From a virus (lineage: Duplodnaviria; Heunggongvirae; Uroviricota; Caudoviricetes): 64,000 nucleotides of DNA. The stretch lies in the IMG/VR virus record IMGVR_UViG_3300051215_000059. The stretch is one strand, 5' to 3'. Of this stretch, positions 63,659 to 64,000 are shown piece by piece. How positions within the stretch are numbered: position 1 is the stretch's first letter; every line of letters starts with the position of its first letter. Below the pieces are notes generated by a model. The model had not been told where the DNA came from and ran no database searches. It saw only the letters and a program-made list of their open reading frames with translations. A program made the translations under genes and the position numbers.

Positions 63659-64000
63659 TGCAAACATTTCTGGTCGGCGGTGCTGTTCGCGATATGCTGA
63701 TGGGCATGGAGCCGAAAGATAAAGATTTTGTCGTGGTCGGTTCCACGGTCGAAGAAATGCTGGCTGCTGGCTTTGAAAAAGTTGGCGCTGATTTTCCTGT
63801 GTTTCTGCACCCCGAAACTGGTGAAGAATTTGCTCTGGCTCGTCGTGAAAAAAAGACTGGCACTGGGTATCTGGGTTTCACTTCTGAGTTCGGCACTGAT
63901 GTGACGCTGGAAGAAGACCTGGGTCGACGTGACCTGACCATCAACAGCATGTCTCTGCAACGCATGGAAGACACTGAGTTCTTTGTTGAAGGCGATGAAG
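63659..64000 (+). CDS. cca: CCA-adding tRNA nucleotidyltransferase (partial, runs off window end)
   Basis: [16 protein letters not shown]...[10 protein letters not shown]...[22 protein letters not shown] matches Cca N-terminal pol-beta NTase head; codon usage (CTG-rich) differs from rest of window. Confidence 0.85.

Noticed and set aside
63495-63974. 159-aa minus-strand ORF
   Set aside because: Antisense to the strongly supported CCA-adding enzyme gene; R/S-rich shadow.

Overview
The window reads as a ~64 kb non-structural (early/middle/auxiliary-metabolic) segment of a large virulent dsDNA phage of a Gram-negative host. About 125 short to medium ORFs are tightly packed, often with ATGA/TAATG stop-start overlaps, and all but one sit on the + strand. 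They are punctuated by sigma70-type promoters (TTGACA-17-TATAnT) and stem-loop plus T-run terminators. No capsid, terminase, tRNA, rRNA, CRISPR or transposase signal was seen. The sequence looks AT-rich by eye; this was not computed.

Recognisable products fall into five groups.
- Proteostasis and translation: ClpX, ClpP, ClpS, an Hsp20-family chaperone, IF3 and ribosomal protein S21.
- Nucleotide metabolism: thymidine kinase, DHFR, GMP reductase, a MazG-like NTPase, an MTA/SAH nucleosidase, two metallophosphatases and a HAD phosphatase.
- RNA repair and transcription: an Rnl5-type RNA ligase, a PTH2-like hydrolase, a CCA-adding enzyme (3' end, partial), a DEDD exonuclease, YqeY and a GreA-like factor.
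- Envelope and secreted proteins: an S8 subtilase with an autotransporter-like C-terminus, a sulfotransferase, a class-3 lipase, a SleB-like hydrolase, an FG-GAP beta-propeller protein and a SlyB-like lipoprotein.
- Membrane modules: an SPFH/band-7 protein, a LemA protein, and a contiguous ExbB-like / ExbD-like / periplasmic ClpP-fold peptidase / SbmA-BacA-like block.

The most interesting candidate for a new system is that last block, a phage-encoded energy-transduction plus inner-membrane peptide-importer module. Also worth follow-up: a phage promoter family with a conserved CGAATC box in the spacer, a full ClpXP/ClpS set beside IF3+S21, a DarT-like H-Y-E ADP-ribosyltransferase candidate, and several ORF-free structured regions.
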